Position numbers and translations under genes: made by a program. A stretch of DNA of 64,000 nt from Bacilli bacterium (GTDB lineage Bacteria > Bacillota_I > Bacilli_A > RF39 > UBA660): contig JAEENX010000020.1 of assembly GCA_016283935.1 (NCBI GenBank), positions 11,268 to 75,267 on the forward strand, written 5' to 3'. Below, in pieces: positions 54,034-63,846 of the stretch. The notes beneath the pieces are model-generated. The model was not told where the DNA came from. It worked only from the letters and a program-made list of their open reading frames with translations, and ran no database searches. Numbering within the stretch: the stretch's first letter is position 1; each line of letters opens with the position of its first letter.

Positions 54034-56532
54034 TTATTTACTAGTAGTTTTTCTTTTTTTATACAAAAATATAATGATTTCATATACAATTATTAATAAG
54101 AATGTTGTTAATGAAATAACTAATCCTTCAATTAAATATGGAGTCTTATATTTAAGTTTAATTTTATGCTCACCTTTAGATATATCGAATCCTAAAAAAG
54201 AGTTATATTGTGCATATGTATCAACTTCTTTATCATCTATATACACATGCCATCCTTGATCATATGGAATTGAAGACATCATAGATATATCTTTATCAAG
54301 ACTTATAGAAGCTTCTATGAAATTCTCATTAAAATACTCTATTTTTGCTGGATATCTATTCAAATAATTATAGAATTCATAATATTTTTTCATATCTAAT
54401 TGATAAGACGATATATAATCTTCATTAATATTATTTTTAAAATATCCAATAATAAGATGATTATCTTCTAAATTCAAAATATTAGGGAATCTTACATAAA
54501 TATTATTATAATTTGAAATATCATATTCTATTTCAAATTCATAAATTGAATATAAAGTATCTCCTACTATACAAAATAAAACATTTCCTAAATCAACTTG
54601 AACATACGAATTTTCTTTGTATTCATAATCATATATTACATATTCATCATCAGAATATATTATTTTCTTATTTTTATATTTTGTTTCATGATAAATATCA
54701 CTAATATTAGTCATATTATTTACTATTTCATTTGTGGTTTCAAATCTATTGAACGAATTACTTGTTTTATAATCCAGTCTTTTATCTACTCCATATAATA
54801 AAGATAAATAATATTCGTTTTCTATTTTTTTATTCATTTTGTATTTGTATTTGATACTCATTAAAGTATCGACTATTTTATTACCAGTTAAATATCTAAT
54901 ATGTGCTGAATAATCGACATCAATACCAAGATTGCCAAAGAAATCATATAAATCAGAAGAATTCATTGAATTAAAAGATGAAATACTGTAGAAATCATCT
55001 ATTAGAGAAATAGTTGGATAAGAATTATATATTTCTTGTCTATAGAATGTATCATTAGTATGTTGTTCCATTACATTCATATTAGTATGTATATCATTTG
55101 CATCTATTATACGATTTGCTATTATTAAACTTGATCCTAATTCTATGGATACAAGAACAATTAATATATATTTGAAATATTTTTTGTTTGCAAATAATAT
55201 TGTTAGTAATAAACATGTTAGTATTATCGCATTATATATTAATTTATCCGGTGTAATATTTCTAAGTTTTTCAACATCGATTGATAAATTAAATATATAT
55301 ATTATTATCCCAATTATAATTAATAAAATATAAGATATTATATATGACATTTTATTATCTCGATCAATATTTATCAATTGATAAGCAAGTATAATCGATA
55401 AAGCAAAAGAATACATAAATGAATATCTATATGGGAATCCTGCTGGAACATGTAATAAATTAATGATTAAGTCTAATAAAAATATTTTCATTATAAGGAT
55501 AAATATAATTAGTAATGTTAAATATGCAATTTTTGTATTAATTTTAATATTCTTATTTAAAATAAATGGGATTAAACAAAAAATCGATATTAAACCTGTA
55601 TATATATTAGGTGCACAAGAAATTAATTTTACACCACTTAAAAATGTATATTTAGAATATGCAAAATTAGCAGCTAGAAATTGAATAATAGTATAATTAT
55701 ATGGATTAGCACTAATGTCTATTGTTAATTTACCAGATAACGATGATGATGTACTAAGAATTGGTAATAAAATCACACTACTTAATAATACTGATAAAAT
55801 ACTTGTTATACTAAAATTCAAAAAATTTTTTGAAAGTTCATTAATTTTAAATTTTAATGAACCATTTTTAATTTTATATAAATTATATATTAAAAAATAA
55901 ATTGCACTAAAAACACATAGCATATATCCCATATAGAAATTAAAAATAATTGCTAAAGATAAACTAAATAAATATAGTTTATATTTTTTTTCATTGATTA
56001 GTTTTTCAATGCCATATGTTATAAGTGGTAATAACCATAACGCACTTATCCACATTAGATTAATAAAATATGCATTTACCCATCCACACAAAGAAAAACA
56101 TAATGCTGGTATCAATAAAATCAAATCATCACTTTTAAATTTATGTTTTAAATAATAAATCATTGATAGTCCTATTAAAATAACATTTATAATTATGATT
56201 ATCTCAATAGCAATTAAATCATTTGGTATTATTAAATACAATAATAAAGTAGGATTTGACATATAATTAAATATATTTTTGTAAAGTGGTATACCAATAC
56301 CATTATTAAACGAATAAGTTATTTGTTTCCCAGAATGAATTCTATTTCTTATTTCGTAATACATTTGTCTATATTGCATATCTAAATCATGTCTAACAAA
56401 CGTTTTATTTCCAATTGGATAAATATTTTTAACAATAAAAAACAATCCAAATGCCACTAATATGATAAGTAAATATAAAATATATAATTTGTTTTTAGCA
56501 TAAAACTTTTTTATTTTATCCATATTTATCAT
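54034..56532 (-). CDS. yfhO: YfhO family polytopic membrane protein (putative glycosyltransferase)
   Basis: 832 aa with more than 12 TM helices followed by a large C-terminal extracytoplasmic domain and a final TM helix. The N-terminal ...HDLDMQYRQMY...YSFNNGIGIP... pattern resembles YfhO. Confidence 0.75.
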   Translation of the reverse strand: MINMDKIKKFYAKNKLYILYLLIILVAFGLFFIVKNIYPIGNKTFVRHDLDMQYRQMYYEIRNRIHSGKQITYSFNNGIGIPLYKNIFNYMSNPTLLLYLIIPNDLIAIEIIIIINVILIGLSMIYYLKHKFKSDDLILLIPALCFSLCGWVNAYFINLMWISALWLLPLITYGIEKLINEKKYKLYLFSLSLAIIFNFYMGYMLCVFSAIYFLIYNLYKIKNGSLKFKINELSKNFLNFSITSILSVLLSSVILLPILSTSSSLSGKLTIDISANPYNYTIIQFLAANFAYSKYTFLSGVKLISCAPNIYTGLISIFCLIPFILNKNIKINTKIAYLTLLIIFILIMKIFLLDLIINLLHVPAGFPYRYSFMYSFALSIILAYQLINIDRDNKMSYIISYILLIIIGIIIYIFNLSIDVEKLRNITPDKLIYNAIILTCLLLTILFANKKYFKYILIVLVSIELGSSLIIANRIIDANDIHTNMNVMEQHTNDTFYRQEIYNSYPTISLIDDFYSISSFNSMNSSDLYDFFGNLGIDVDYSAHIRYLTGNKIVDTLMSIKYKYKMNKKIENEYYLSLLYGVDKRLDYKTSNSFNRFETTNEIVNNMTNISDIYHETKYKNKKIIYSDDEYVIYDYEYKENSYVQVDLGNVLFCIVGDTLYSIYEFEIEYDISNYNNIYVRFPNILNLEDNHLIIGYFKNNINEDYISSYQLDMKKYYEFYNYLNRYPAKIEYFNENFIEASISLDKDISMMSSIPYDQGWHVYIDDKEVDTYAQYNSFLGFDISKGEHKIKLKYKTPYLIEGLVISLTTFLLIIVYEIIIFLYKKRKTTSK

Positions 56533-57146
56533 CTTTCTTTATATTTTTGACAATATTTTTTCATTTTACAAATATCGCATTTTGGACTTTTAGCAGTGCA
56601 TGTATATCTCCCTAAAAGTAGCAATTGATGATGTAATCTTAACCACTTTTCTTTCGGAAATTCTTTCATTAATTTTTTCTCTACTTCTATAACATTATCG
56701 GATTCATTTGCAATTCCAAGTCTTTTAGAAACTCTAAAAACGTGCGTATCTACTGCAAATGCTGGTTCATCAAATAAATTAGCTAGTACTACATTACATA
56801 CTTTTCTTCCAACACCAGGTAAACTTTCTAAATACTCACGATTATTTGGAACTTTACCATCATAATCTTTAACTAATCTCTTTGCAATCTCTATGATATA
56901 TTCACTTTTTCTATTCATATTACCACATGGTCTAATAATATCCACTATATCTGTAGGTAACATCTTAGATAATTCTTTTATATCATACTTAAATAAACCA
57001 GGTGTAACCTGATTTACCCTTTCATCTGTACATTGTGCACTTAATACAGTTGCAATAAGTAATTCATAATCTTTACTATAATCTAATGTACAATGTGGAT
57101 TAGGAACCATTTCATCTAATAATTTATAGAATTCTTTATTATTCAT
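56529..57146 (-). CDS. nth: Endonuclease III
   Basis: HhH-GPD with LPGVGRKVCNVV, and the C-terminal cluster C-x6-C-x2-C-x5-C (CTAKSPKCDICKMKKYC). It follows dnaD, as in B. subtilis. Confidence 0.92.
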   Translation of the reverse strand: MNNKEFYKLLDEMVPNPHCTLDYSKDYELLIATVLSAQCTDERVNQVTPGLFKYDIKELSKMLPTDIVDIIRPCGNMNRKSEYIIEIAKRLVKDYDGKVPNNREYLESLPGVGRKVCNVVLANLFDEPAFAVDTHVFRVSKRLGIANESDNVIEVEKKLMKEFPKEKWLRLHHQLLLLGRYTCTAKSPKCDICKMKKYCQKYKER

Positions 57147-57774
57147 TATCTAACCAATTAAAATCATATAAATCAGTTAATACATTATCTTGAGATTCTT
57201 GTATTAATCCATTTGAGACATCTGATTTATTTTTATATCCTTTATCTTTCCAGTTTAATAATATTTTTTCAATATATCTTAAAGATTTAACATTATTATA
57301 AATAGCTTCTTTTAAAGCTTCTAAAATAAGCTCTTCAGAAGTACCTTTGTCTAACCAAGAATTAATAATTTCATATTCCATTGGTGATAAAGGTCTTCCA
57401 AATTCTTCTTCAAACTTTTGAAATAAATCAACAGTTAGTTTTTTCTTTCCTTCTTTTGTAATATCTTGAGATACAGATTTAATAATTCCATCTAAACTAA
57501 TAATTTCTTCTCTTATACCATTTTGATTTACTATCTTTGTTTCTAATATTCCTAAAGTAACTAATTTTTCATATGCTTCCATGATTTCTTCTTCTGAAAG
57601 ATATGCTTCTTCTTTAATTCCATCTATATCTAAAATTGGAGTTTCTTGATTCATAAAATATATGATTAAAATTGCTTCATTTAAAGATAAATCCATATCT
57701 TTAATGATTTTAAGCAAGAAATTTTTTACTATATAATCTTTTTTCTTTAAAGTATTATATACAATTTCATTCAT
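57139..57774 (-). CDS. dnaD: DnaD domain replication initiation/helicase-loading protein
   Basis: The C-terminal FEEEFGRPLSPMEYEIINSWLDKG...SLRYIEKILLNWKDKG is the DnaD/DnaB-2 domain. It overlaps nth by 8 nt. Confidence 0.8.
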   Translation of the reverse strand: MNEIVYNTLKKKDYIVKNFLLKIIKDMDLSLNEAILIIYFMNQETPILDIDGIKEEAYLSEEEIMEAYEKLVTLGILETKIVNQNGIREEIISLDGIIKSVSQDITKEGKKKLTVDLFQKFEEEFGRPLSPMEYEIINSWLDKGTSEELILEALKEAIYNNVKSLRYIEKILLNWKDKGYKNKSDVSNGLIQESQDNVLTDLYDFNWLDNE

Positions 57775-57778
57775 ACCA

Positions 57779-58861
57779 TTACCTCCAATTCTTATCTACA
57801 TATTCTGCAATAGAATTTAATTCATTATCTAATTTGTTATATAAAATATTTATTTCAATATCAGATAAGATTTCTTCTATTTTTTCTCCTGGTTCTATTT
57901 TTAATATACTAATAATATCGCTTCCGGTTATATCTATATCACTTCTATTATATATTGGTAATTCCTTATATTCATTAGATATGGCTGATTGATCAACATC
58001 TAATAATTCACCTGCAATTGAGCAAGCATATAAGCCATATTGATATAGAGTTATGTTATCTATTATACCATATTTAATTATTTTATCTATACGATCTAAA
58101 ATATCTTTTTCATTTTTAGTAAATACTAATTTTGTACCTATTTGATAATACATTCCTAGAACAGAAGATGTATATTTTAAATCTTCTGGAATATCTATTT
58201 CTAATTCTTTATCAATACCTAAATCTTGTATTAATTTAATACCTTTCATCTTATTAGAGTTTTCTAATATACGGTCTAATTCTTCTTTGATTCTTTCGTT
58301 AGATAATGATTTAACTAAATAAGTATTATTCTTAATATAATTATATAAATCTTCATCTAAATCAAAATCTAATATAGTATAAAATCTAATAGCTCTTAGT
58401 ATTCTTAGTGGATCTTCTTTACATTTAGAATCAATATCTCCAACCATTCTAATTAATTTATTATCTAAATCTTTTTTACCTTCAACTAAATCAATAATAT
58501 TATCATCTATATCCATATATAAAGAATTAATAGTAAAATCTCTTCTTACTACATCTTCTTCTATTGTATCAATATATTCATATTCTGTAGGTTTTCTAGA
58601 TTCATATGATAATTCTTTTCTAAACGTAGTAATATCAAAGTTATACTTACCTTCTTCAAAATATAATGATCCATATGAATCATTTGTAAAAGAATCTAAT
58701 CCTAATATTTCTATTACTTCTTTAGGTAATGCATTTGTAGCAATATCTACGTCAAACGATTCTTTTCCTAGTAAATGATCTCTTACAAATCCACCTACTA
58801 TATAAGCTTTATAACCTTTTTTAATGAATTTATCAAGTTTATCTTTTATAGTTTTATTCAT
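57779..58861 (-). CDS. cca: CCA-adding tRNA nucleotidyltransferase (short form)
   Basis: The head-domain motif GGFVRDHLLGKESFDVDIAT, followed by RDFTINSLY. Confidence 0.85.
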   Translation of the reverse strand: MNKTIKDKLDKFIKKGYKAYIVGGFVRDHLLGKESFDVDIATNALPKEVIEILGLDSFTNDSYGSLYFEEGKYNFDITTFRKELSYESRKPTEYEYIDTIEEDVVRRDFTINSLYMDIDDNIIDLVEGKKDLDNKLIRMVGDIDSKCKEDPLRILRAIRFYTILDFDLDEDLYNYIKNNTYLVKSLSNERIKEELDRILENSNKMKGIKLIQDLGIDKELEIDIPEDLKYTSSVLGMYYQIGTKLVFTKNEKDILDRIDKIIKYGIIDNITLYQYGLYACSIAGELLDVDQSAISNEYKELPIYNRSDIDITGSDIISILKIEPGEKIEEILSDIEINILYNKLDNELNSIAEYVDKNWR

Positions 58862-58894
58862 CTAAAGTCACCAATATGATTATATCATATTAAA

Positions 58895-58925
58895 TAAAAA
58901 AACAAGATAATAATATCTTGTTTTT
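58895..58925 (-). terminator. Strong intrinsic terminator after the paralog pair
   Basis: AACAAGATA (58901-58909) pairs with TATCTTGTT (58914-58922), followed by U8 on the minus strand. Confidence 0.7.
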
Positions 58926-58926
58926 A

Positions 58927-60414
58927 CTATTTTGATTGTCTAATTGCATTTTCAAAAGTTTGTACTTTTTCTATTGAATTTAAATCAGGTGATTTCTTCA
59001 ATATTTCTTCTACTCTACCTTGCCATCCACGATGATGTGTTACACGATGACATAAGTGATTTTCTATAATTTCAGGTTTTGATTTAATTGATAAAGTGAC
59101 AAATTCATCTACATTCATAATATAAATGGCTTCTGACGCGATTGAAGTACAATTTGTATTCTTATAGAACTTTTCTAATACAACATATGCATTTGGGTAT
59201 ACATGTCCTATATATCCTTTAAATGATGCTTTACCCATTAATATTAAATATGGTTCATGTTTTTTAAAGAATTCTTCTTTTTCACTTAACATTTTTTCTT
59301 TCTTTTCTCTTATTACATCTATGTTTTTATCCTCATCAGAAGATGTATTTTGAGAAATAATATTACTATATTGTAAAACACCTGAAGGTAAAATTTCCCA
59401 TGATACACTTAATTCATTTTTATATTGTTCTATATATTTTTTTACATCTTCTAATGTTTGACCTTCAAAATCTGTTACATTTTTTCTGATAATTTTTACT
59501 TCTGGATGTTCAAGTAGAAATTGTTTAAACTCTTCATATAATGATATTATAGTATATTCTTTTTCATTCCATGTAATCTTTGTATTATTATTTAAATCCA
59601 TTTCATGTTCAGCAAAAAATTGTGCTAAATAGCTAACACTTGTAATAAGAAGATCATCTTTTGAATCCGAAAGATTAGCATATCTCATATATGTTGCTGC
59701 AATTAATAATTCAAATTTATCTATATCTATATAATCATTATATTTGTCAAAATCCAAAGTTAAGTTCCAACAATCGTTTACTAAATTATAATTCAATATA
59801 TTTTTATATAATACATTTAATGTATTATACATGCCATCTATAAAATTTTTGAAATTAAAATTTTTTGTATTAATTCCATATTGTTTTAAATCAGAAAGAT
59901 GTTTTTTGTCTAAGTTTCTCATTTCTTCAAGATAATCTTTAGGCATATCTTTTTCTTTATGTGTTTTTCTAAACTCTGCTACATCATCACGTTCTTTAAC
60001 TAATACATAATAAATCGATCTATATAGTTCTGGGAATTTTTTTTCTAATTCTCTCTCATTTCTTATTTTATTTAATTCACTTATTGCCTTACGAATATTT
60101 TTGATATATTCTTTCGTATCTTCAGTATAATTAACATTTAATACACGAGCAATTTTTAAAAGAAAAACTCGACAATCTACGATAACTTTCCTTTTTAAAT
60201 CATTATCTATTACCACTACTAAAAGTTTATCAATATCATTAAATGGAATACTATATTTTTGTTTTAATTTATTTATAACTGAATCAAAATCTTGAGTCAT
60301 TTTGAAATGTAAACCTATAGTATCTGTTGCACATATTTTTTCTATATCATCTGCATATATGGATAATTCTGTTTCATATGGTAATCCTTTATTTAAAACA
60401 TCAGTAACTCCCAT
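58927..60414 (-). CDS. Hypothetical protein, paralog A (495 aa) with conserved His/Cys-rich C-terminal module
   Basis: GAAGGAA SD. No TM segment or signal peptide. The C-terminus is ...GYIGHVYPNAYVVLEKFYKN...KSKPEIIENHLCHRVTHHRGWQGRVEEIL. It is collinear with the adjacent 498-aa ORF. Confidence 0.7.
   Translation of the reverse strand: MGVTDVLNKGLPYETELSIYADDIEKICATDTIGLHFKMTQDFDSVINKLKQKYSIPFNDIDKLLVVVIDNDLKRKVIVDCRVFLLKIARVLNVNYTEDTKEYIKNIRKAISELNKIRNERELEKKFPELYRSIYYVLVKERDDVAEFRKTHKEKDMPKDYLEEMRNLDKKHLSDLKQYGINTKNFNFKNFIDGMYNTLNVLYKNILNYNLVNDCWNLTLDFDKYNDYIDIDKFELLIAATYMRYANLSDSKDDLLITSVSYLAQFFAEHEMDLNNNTKITWNEKEYTIISLYEEFKQFLLEHPEVKIIRKNVTDFEGQTLEDVKKYIEQYKNELSVSWEILPSGVLQYSNIISQNTSSDEDKNIDVIREKKEKMLSEKEEFFKKHEPYLILMGKASFKGYIGHVYPNAYVVLEKFYKNTNCTSIASEAIYIMNVDEFVTLSIKSKPEIIENHLCHRVTHHRGWQGRVEEILKKSPDLNSIEKVQTFENAIRQSK
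59000..59095. repeat. 96-nt tract nearly identical to 60514-60609 (copy A)
   Basis: My hand alignment finds 5 mismatches in 96 nt, including a 40-nt perfect run (59027-59066 = 60541-60580). It encodes KSKPEIIENHLCHRVTHHRGWQG. Confidence 0.85.
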
Positions 60415-60440
60415 TTTGATTCCTTCTTTCTATAATTATA

Positions 60441-61937
60441 TTAATTTAAATGTCTAATTTGGTTTTCAAATATTTGAACTCTTTCAATAGTATCTTCTGA
60501 AACTTCTTTTCTTAATATATCTTCTACTTTACCTTGCCATCCACGATGATGTGTTACACGATGACATAAGTGATTTTCTATGATTTCTGGTTTTGATTTA
60601 ACTGATAAATCAATAAAATCTTCAACTTTCATAATATATATAGCATCCTCAGCAATTGAAGTACCTTTTTTATTTTTATAGAACTTTTCTAATACTACAT
60701 ATGCATTTGGATATATATATCCAATATATCCTAAGAAAGATTCTTTTCCTTTTAATACTAGATAAGGTTTGTTTTCTTTAAAGAATTCCTCTTTTTCTCT
60801 TAGTATTCTTTCTTTATTTTCTTCTTTTTGTTTTCTTTCTTCATCTGTAATTGTAGATTCTGATGATCTTGTTCTTTCAAATAAAGTTTCACCTGATGGT
60901 AAAATATCCCATGATACTTCAAGTTCACCTTCAAATTGTTTTAAATAAGCTTCAATATCTTGAAGTGTTTGACCTTCAAAATCTTCTCTAGATTTTCTTA
61001 CAATTTTAACTTCAGGATTTTCAATTAAGAATTGTTTATAGTATTTATATAAATCTTTTCTAGAAATTTTTCTTTCTTTGCCATCGAAGAATAGTTCAAC
61101 AGAAATATCTTTATCTATATCATTTTCATGTTCTCTGAAATATTGAGTTAAATAACTAATATTAGCTATAGCATCTTCTTTATTAAATTTAGCATTACTT
61201 AATGAAGAGACTGCCATTAATAACTCGAATTTTTCTTTATCTAAACAATCATTAAATTTTTCCATTGATATTGGACTACTTTTAATAATGCGAGTAATCT
61301 TATCATAATTTTCAGGTTTTAATAAATTACTATATGTTTTGCAAATGTGTTCAATATAAGTCTTAACATTTACCATATTTGCTGAGAATCCATATAAAGA
61401 CATTAATGCTTTATATGCATCCATATGTTTTTTATATGTTTCAGCATTTGCTGAACCAAGTTTTGAACTAATTGCATATTCTTTTCTGATTCTTTGCATT
61501 TCATTAAACTTGTCTTCTAACATTTTATAATTTTCATATAATGTTGGAAATTCTTTTTCAAGTTGTTGTGAATATTTTATCTTTCTTAAATCACGTATTT
61601 TTCTTCTAGCAATTTCTATTAATCTAGTTTCATACATTTGATCTTCAATAGTATACTCACCATCTAGATTTTCTAACATACTTAATATGAATATTTGAGG
61701 ACTGAATGTTAAATATTGAGTTAAATCCTCATCAATTGTTAATGCAAGTAATCCTTTTCTTAACATTATTATATTATTATACTTTTGTAAATAATCATTT
61801 AATACTACTAACTCTTCAGTTAATCCTTTTACAAATTTTGTTTTATCAGTTGCACAGTTAAGCCCAACTAAATCAATGGTAAATCCCATTCCTTTGTCAG
61901 AAGGTATTCCCTTGTTGAATACATCATACCATTCCAT
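60441..61937 (-). CDS. Hypothetical protein, paralog B (498 aa) with conserved His/Cys-rich C-terminal module
   Basis: AAAGGGG SD. It is collinear with paralog A. The N-terminal two-thirds are much more diverged than the C-terminal ~110 aa. Confidence 0.7.
   Translation of the reverse strand: MEWYDVFNKGIPSDKGMGFTIDLVGLNCATDKTKFVKGLTEELVVLNDYLQKYNNIIMLRKGLLALTIDEDLTQYLTFSPQIFILSMLENLDGEYTIEDQMYETRLIEIARRKIRDLRKIKYSQQLEKEFPTLYENYKMLEDKFNEMQRIRKEYAISSKLGSANAETYKKHMDAYKALMSLYGFSANMVNVKTYIEHICKTYSNLLKPENYDKITRIIKSSPISMEKFNDCLDKEKFELLMAVSSLSNAKFNKEDAIANISYLTQYFREHENDIDKDISVELFFDGKERKISRKDLYKYYKQFLIENPEVKIVRKSREDFEGQTLQDIEAYLKQFEGELEVSWDILPSGETLFERTRSSESTITDEERKQKEENKERILREKEEFFKENKPYLVLKGKESFLGYIGYIYPNAYVVLEKFYKNKKGTSIAEDAIYIMKVEDFIDLSVKSKPEIIENHLCHRVTHHRGWQGKVEDILRKEVSEDTIERVQIFENQIRHLN
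60514..60609. repeat. 96-nt tract nearly identical to 59000-59095 (copy B)
   Basis: See copy A. Confidence 0.85.
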
Positions 61938-61963
61938 ATTTTTACCCCTTTACACGGGTGTAT

Positions 61964-61992
61964 ATTCTATCATATTTAATACTTTTATGCAA
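61964..61992 (-). promoter_or_regulatory. Sigma-A-type promoter for the paralog pair
   Basis: On the minus strand: TTGCAT (61987-61992), a 17-nt spacer, then TAGAAT (61964-61969). Confidence 0.55.
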
Positions 61993-62004
61993 AAAAGGAA
62001 GTGA

Positions 62005-63765
62005 TTAATTTTCACTTTCTAATTCTTCAGAATATAATCTTTGATATGCTTTACTATTCTTTAATAATTCTTTGTGAGTACCTTGATCTACAATCTTACC
62101 ATCTTCAATAACAAATATCTTATCTGCATTTTTTACTGTTGTTATTCTATGCGCAATTATAAGTATAGTATACTCACCTTTCATGTTATTAATAGCTTGT
62201 TGTATTTTAGCTTGTGTAACATTGTCTAATGCACTTGTTGCTTCATCAAATAAAATAATTTCAGTCTTTAATAATAATGCTCTTGCAATAGCCAATCTTT
62301 GCTTTTGACCACCTGAAAGTGTAACACCACCTTCACCTACAATAGTATTGTATTTATGTGGTAATTCATTGATAAAATCTTCAAGACATGCCATTCTACA
62401 AACATCTCTTATCTCTTGCATAGTAGCATCTTTTTTAATTATTTTAAGATTATCTTTAATACTCATATTATAAATATATGGGTTTTGAGAAATAATACTT
62501 AAATTACCTCTTATTGAATGTTTAGACAAATCATTTATATTTTTACCATCAAATGTAATTGTACCACTTTTAACTTTGTTAACAGCACTTATTAAATTAA
62601 ATATAGTTGATTTACCAGCTCCAGATGAACCTACAAATGCAACTGTTTCATTTGCATTAATTTTGAAGTTCATTTTCTTTAATACAGGTACTTTATCATC
62701 ATATGAGAATGATACATTTTTAAATTCTATATTACCATCAAATTTTACTAATTCATTATCACCAAATTTTTCTTTGCTGAACTCGTCTCCATCAATAATT
62801 CCAAATATTCTATTAGCAGCTAAATCAAATGATTTAACTACTTCGAATATATTATCAAAATATGAAGCTAAATCTAATATTTGATAATGATAATTATGAA
62901 TAATTAATGCTGCTGCAATCATTATTTTACCTTTTAATAACATATTAATTAATAATAAACTTATTAATAAATCACAGAAATCTTGAATATTACCTCTGAA
63001 TAATCTATTTGTAGCTCTTACTATCCAATATTTAAATGATATTACATTAGTTTCTTTTAAATAATCATCTGCTTTTTCTAGGAAAGATTCTTCTGCATCC
63101 AATATTTTAATATCTTTTGCTCCTCTTACTATTTCAGTAATAAATCCACCTGTTCTTTCTCTAGATTTTTTCCAATCTTTTCTGTAAGATTGATTTATTT
63201 CTGCAAATTTCTTATTAACAAAGAATATTAATATAATAAAAATCACATATGCAATAAAAATTGTGTAATTAATAAATAATGTACTTATTAATATACCTGT
63301 AGATGAAATTATACTTGTAATATATTCAATCATTTCTCCAAATATATCTGATAATTGATCTGTATCATTTGTAATACGTTCAATAAAAACACCAGATGAT
63401 TTAGAATTTAAATCTGATTGAGTTATCTTAAGTGTTTCTCTAGCTAAATCAATTTGCATATTTCTTCTAACATCAAAATAATATTTATTATATGACCAAG
63501 AAGATAAATATCTTGTTATATTTCTACATATTTCTATTACAAATATTGCGATTGCTACTAAAGATAATTCTTGCCATATTCCTGAAGTTAAAAATATTAT
63601 TCTTCTTGCTGTAATAATTGGAATAGCTATTGATATAGCTGCTTGAATTATATTAGTTAATAAAAATATAAATAAATACTTTCTTCCTTGTTTAGCATAT
63701 TTATATGTTTTCTTAATGTTCGTGAAGAATGTTATATTCTTCTTTTTCTTGTTTTTCTTTTTCAT
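62005..63765 (-). CDS. ABC exporter, fused permease/ATPase half-transporter (MsbA/MdlB-like)
   Basis: An N-terminal 6-TM domain. The NBD has Walker A GSSGAGKST, signature LSGGQKQR and Walker B ILFDEATSALD. I start it at ATG 63765 after AGGTGAG. Confidence 0.9.
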   Translation of the reverse strand: MKKKNKKKKNITFFTNIKKTYKYAKQGRKYLFIFLLTNIIQAAISIAIPIITARRIIFLTSGIWQELSLVAIAIFVIEICRNITRYLSSWSYNKYYFDVRRNMQIDLARETLKITQSDLNSKSSGVFIERITNDTDQLSDIFGEMIEYITSIISSTGILISTLFINYTIFIAYVIFIILIFFVNKKFAEINQSYRKDWKKSRERTGGFITEIVRGAKDIKILDAEESFLEKADDYLKETNVISFKYWIVRATNRLFRGNIQDFCDLLISLLLINMLLKGKIMIAAALIIHNYHYQILDLASYFDNIFEVVKSFDLAANRIFGIIDGDEFSKEKFGDNELVKFDGNIEFKNVSFSYDDKVPVLKKMNFKINANETVAFVGSSGAGKSTIFNLISAVNKVKSGTITFDGKNINDLSKHSIRGNLSIISQNPYIYNMSIKDNLKIIKKDATMQEIRDVCRMACLEDFINELPHKYNTIVGEGGVTLSGGQKQRLAIARALLLKTEIILFDEATSALDNVTQAKIQQAINNMKGEYTILIIAHRITTVKNADKIFVIEDGKIVDQGTHKELLKNSKAYQRLYSEELESEN

Positions 63766-63814
63766 AATTCTCACCTATTATAGATATTATAGTATAGTTT
63801 TTTTATTATAGAAA

Positions 63815-63846
63815 TAAAAAAAGAATAATTTCTTATTCTTTTTTAT
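63815..63846. terminator. Hairpin/terminator after the partial right-edge gene
   Basis: AAGAATAA (63821-63828) pairs with TTATTCTT (63833-63840), flanked by an A-run and a T-run. The stem includes the TAA of the partial gene. Confidence 0.5.

Noticed and set aside
1466-62884. About 40 plus-strand ORFs of 60-143 aa nested inside long minus-strand genes (for example 1466..1699, 17345..17731, 21266..21649, 41140..41571, 62576..62884)
   Set aside because: They are antisense shadow ORFs. They lie wholly within well-supported genes, lack SDs, and have Ser/Phe/Ile/Leu-rich low-complexity products typical of the reverse strand of AT-rich coding DNA.
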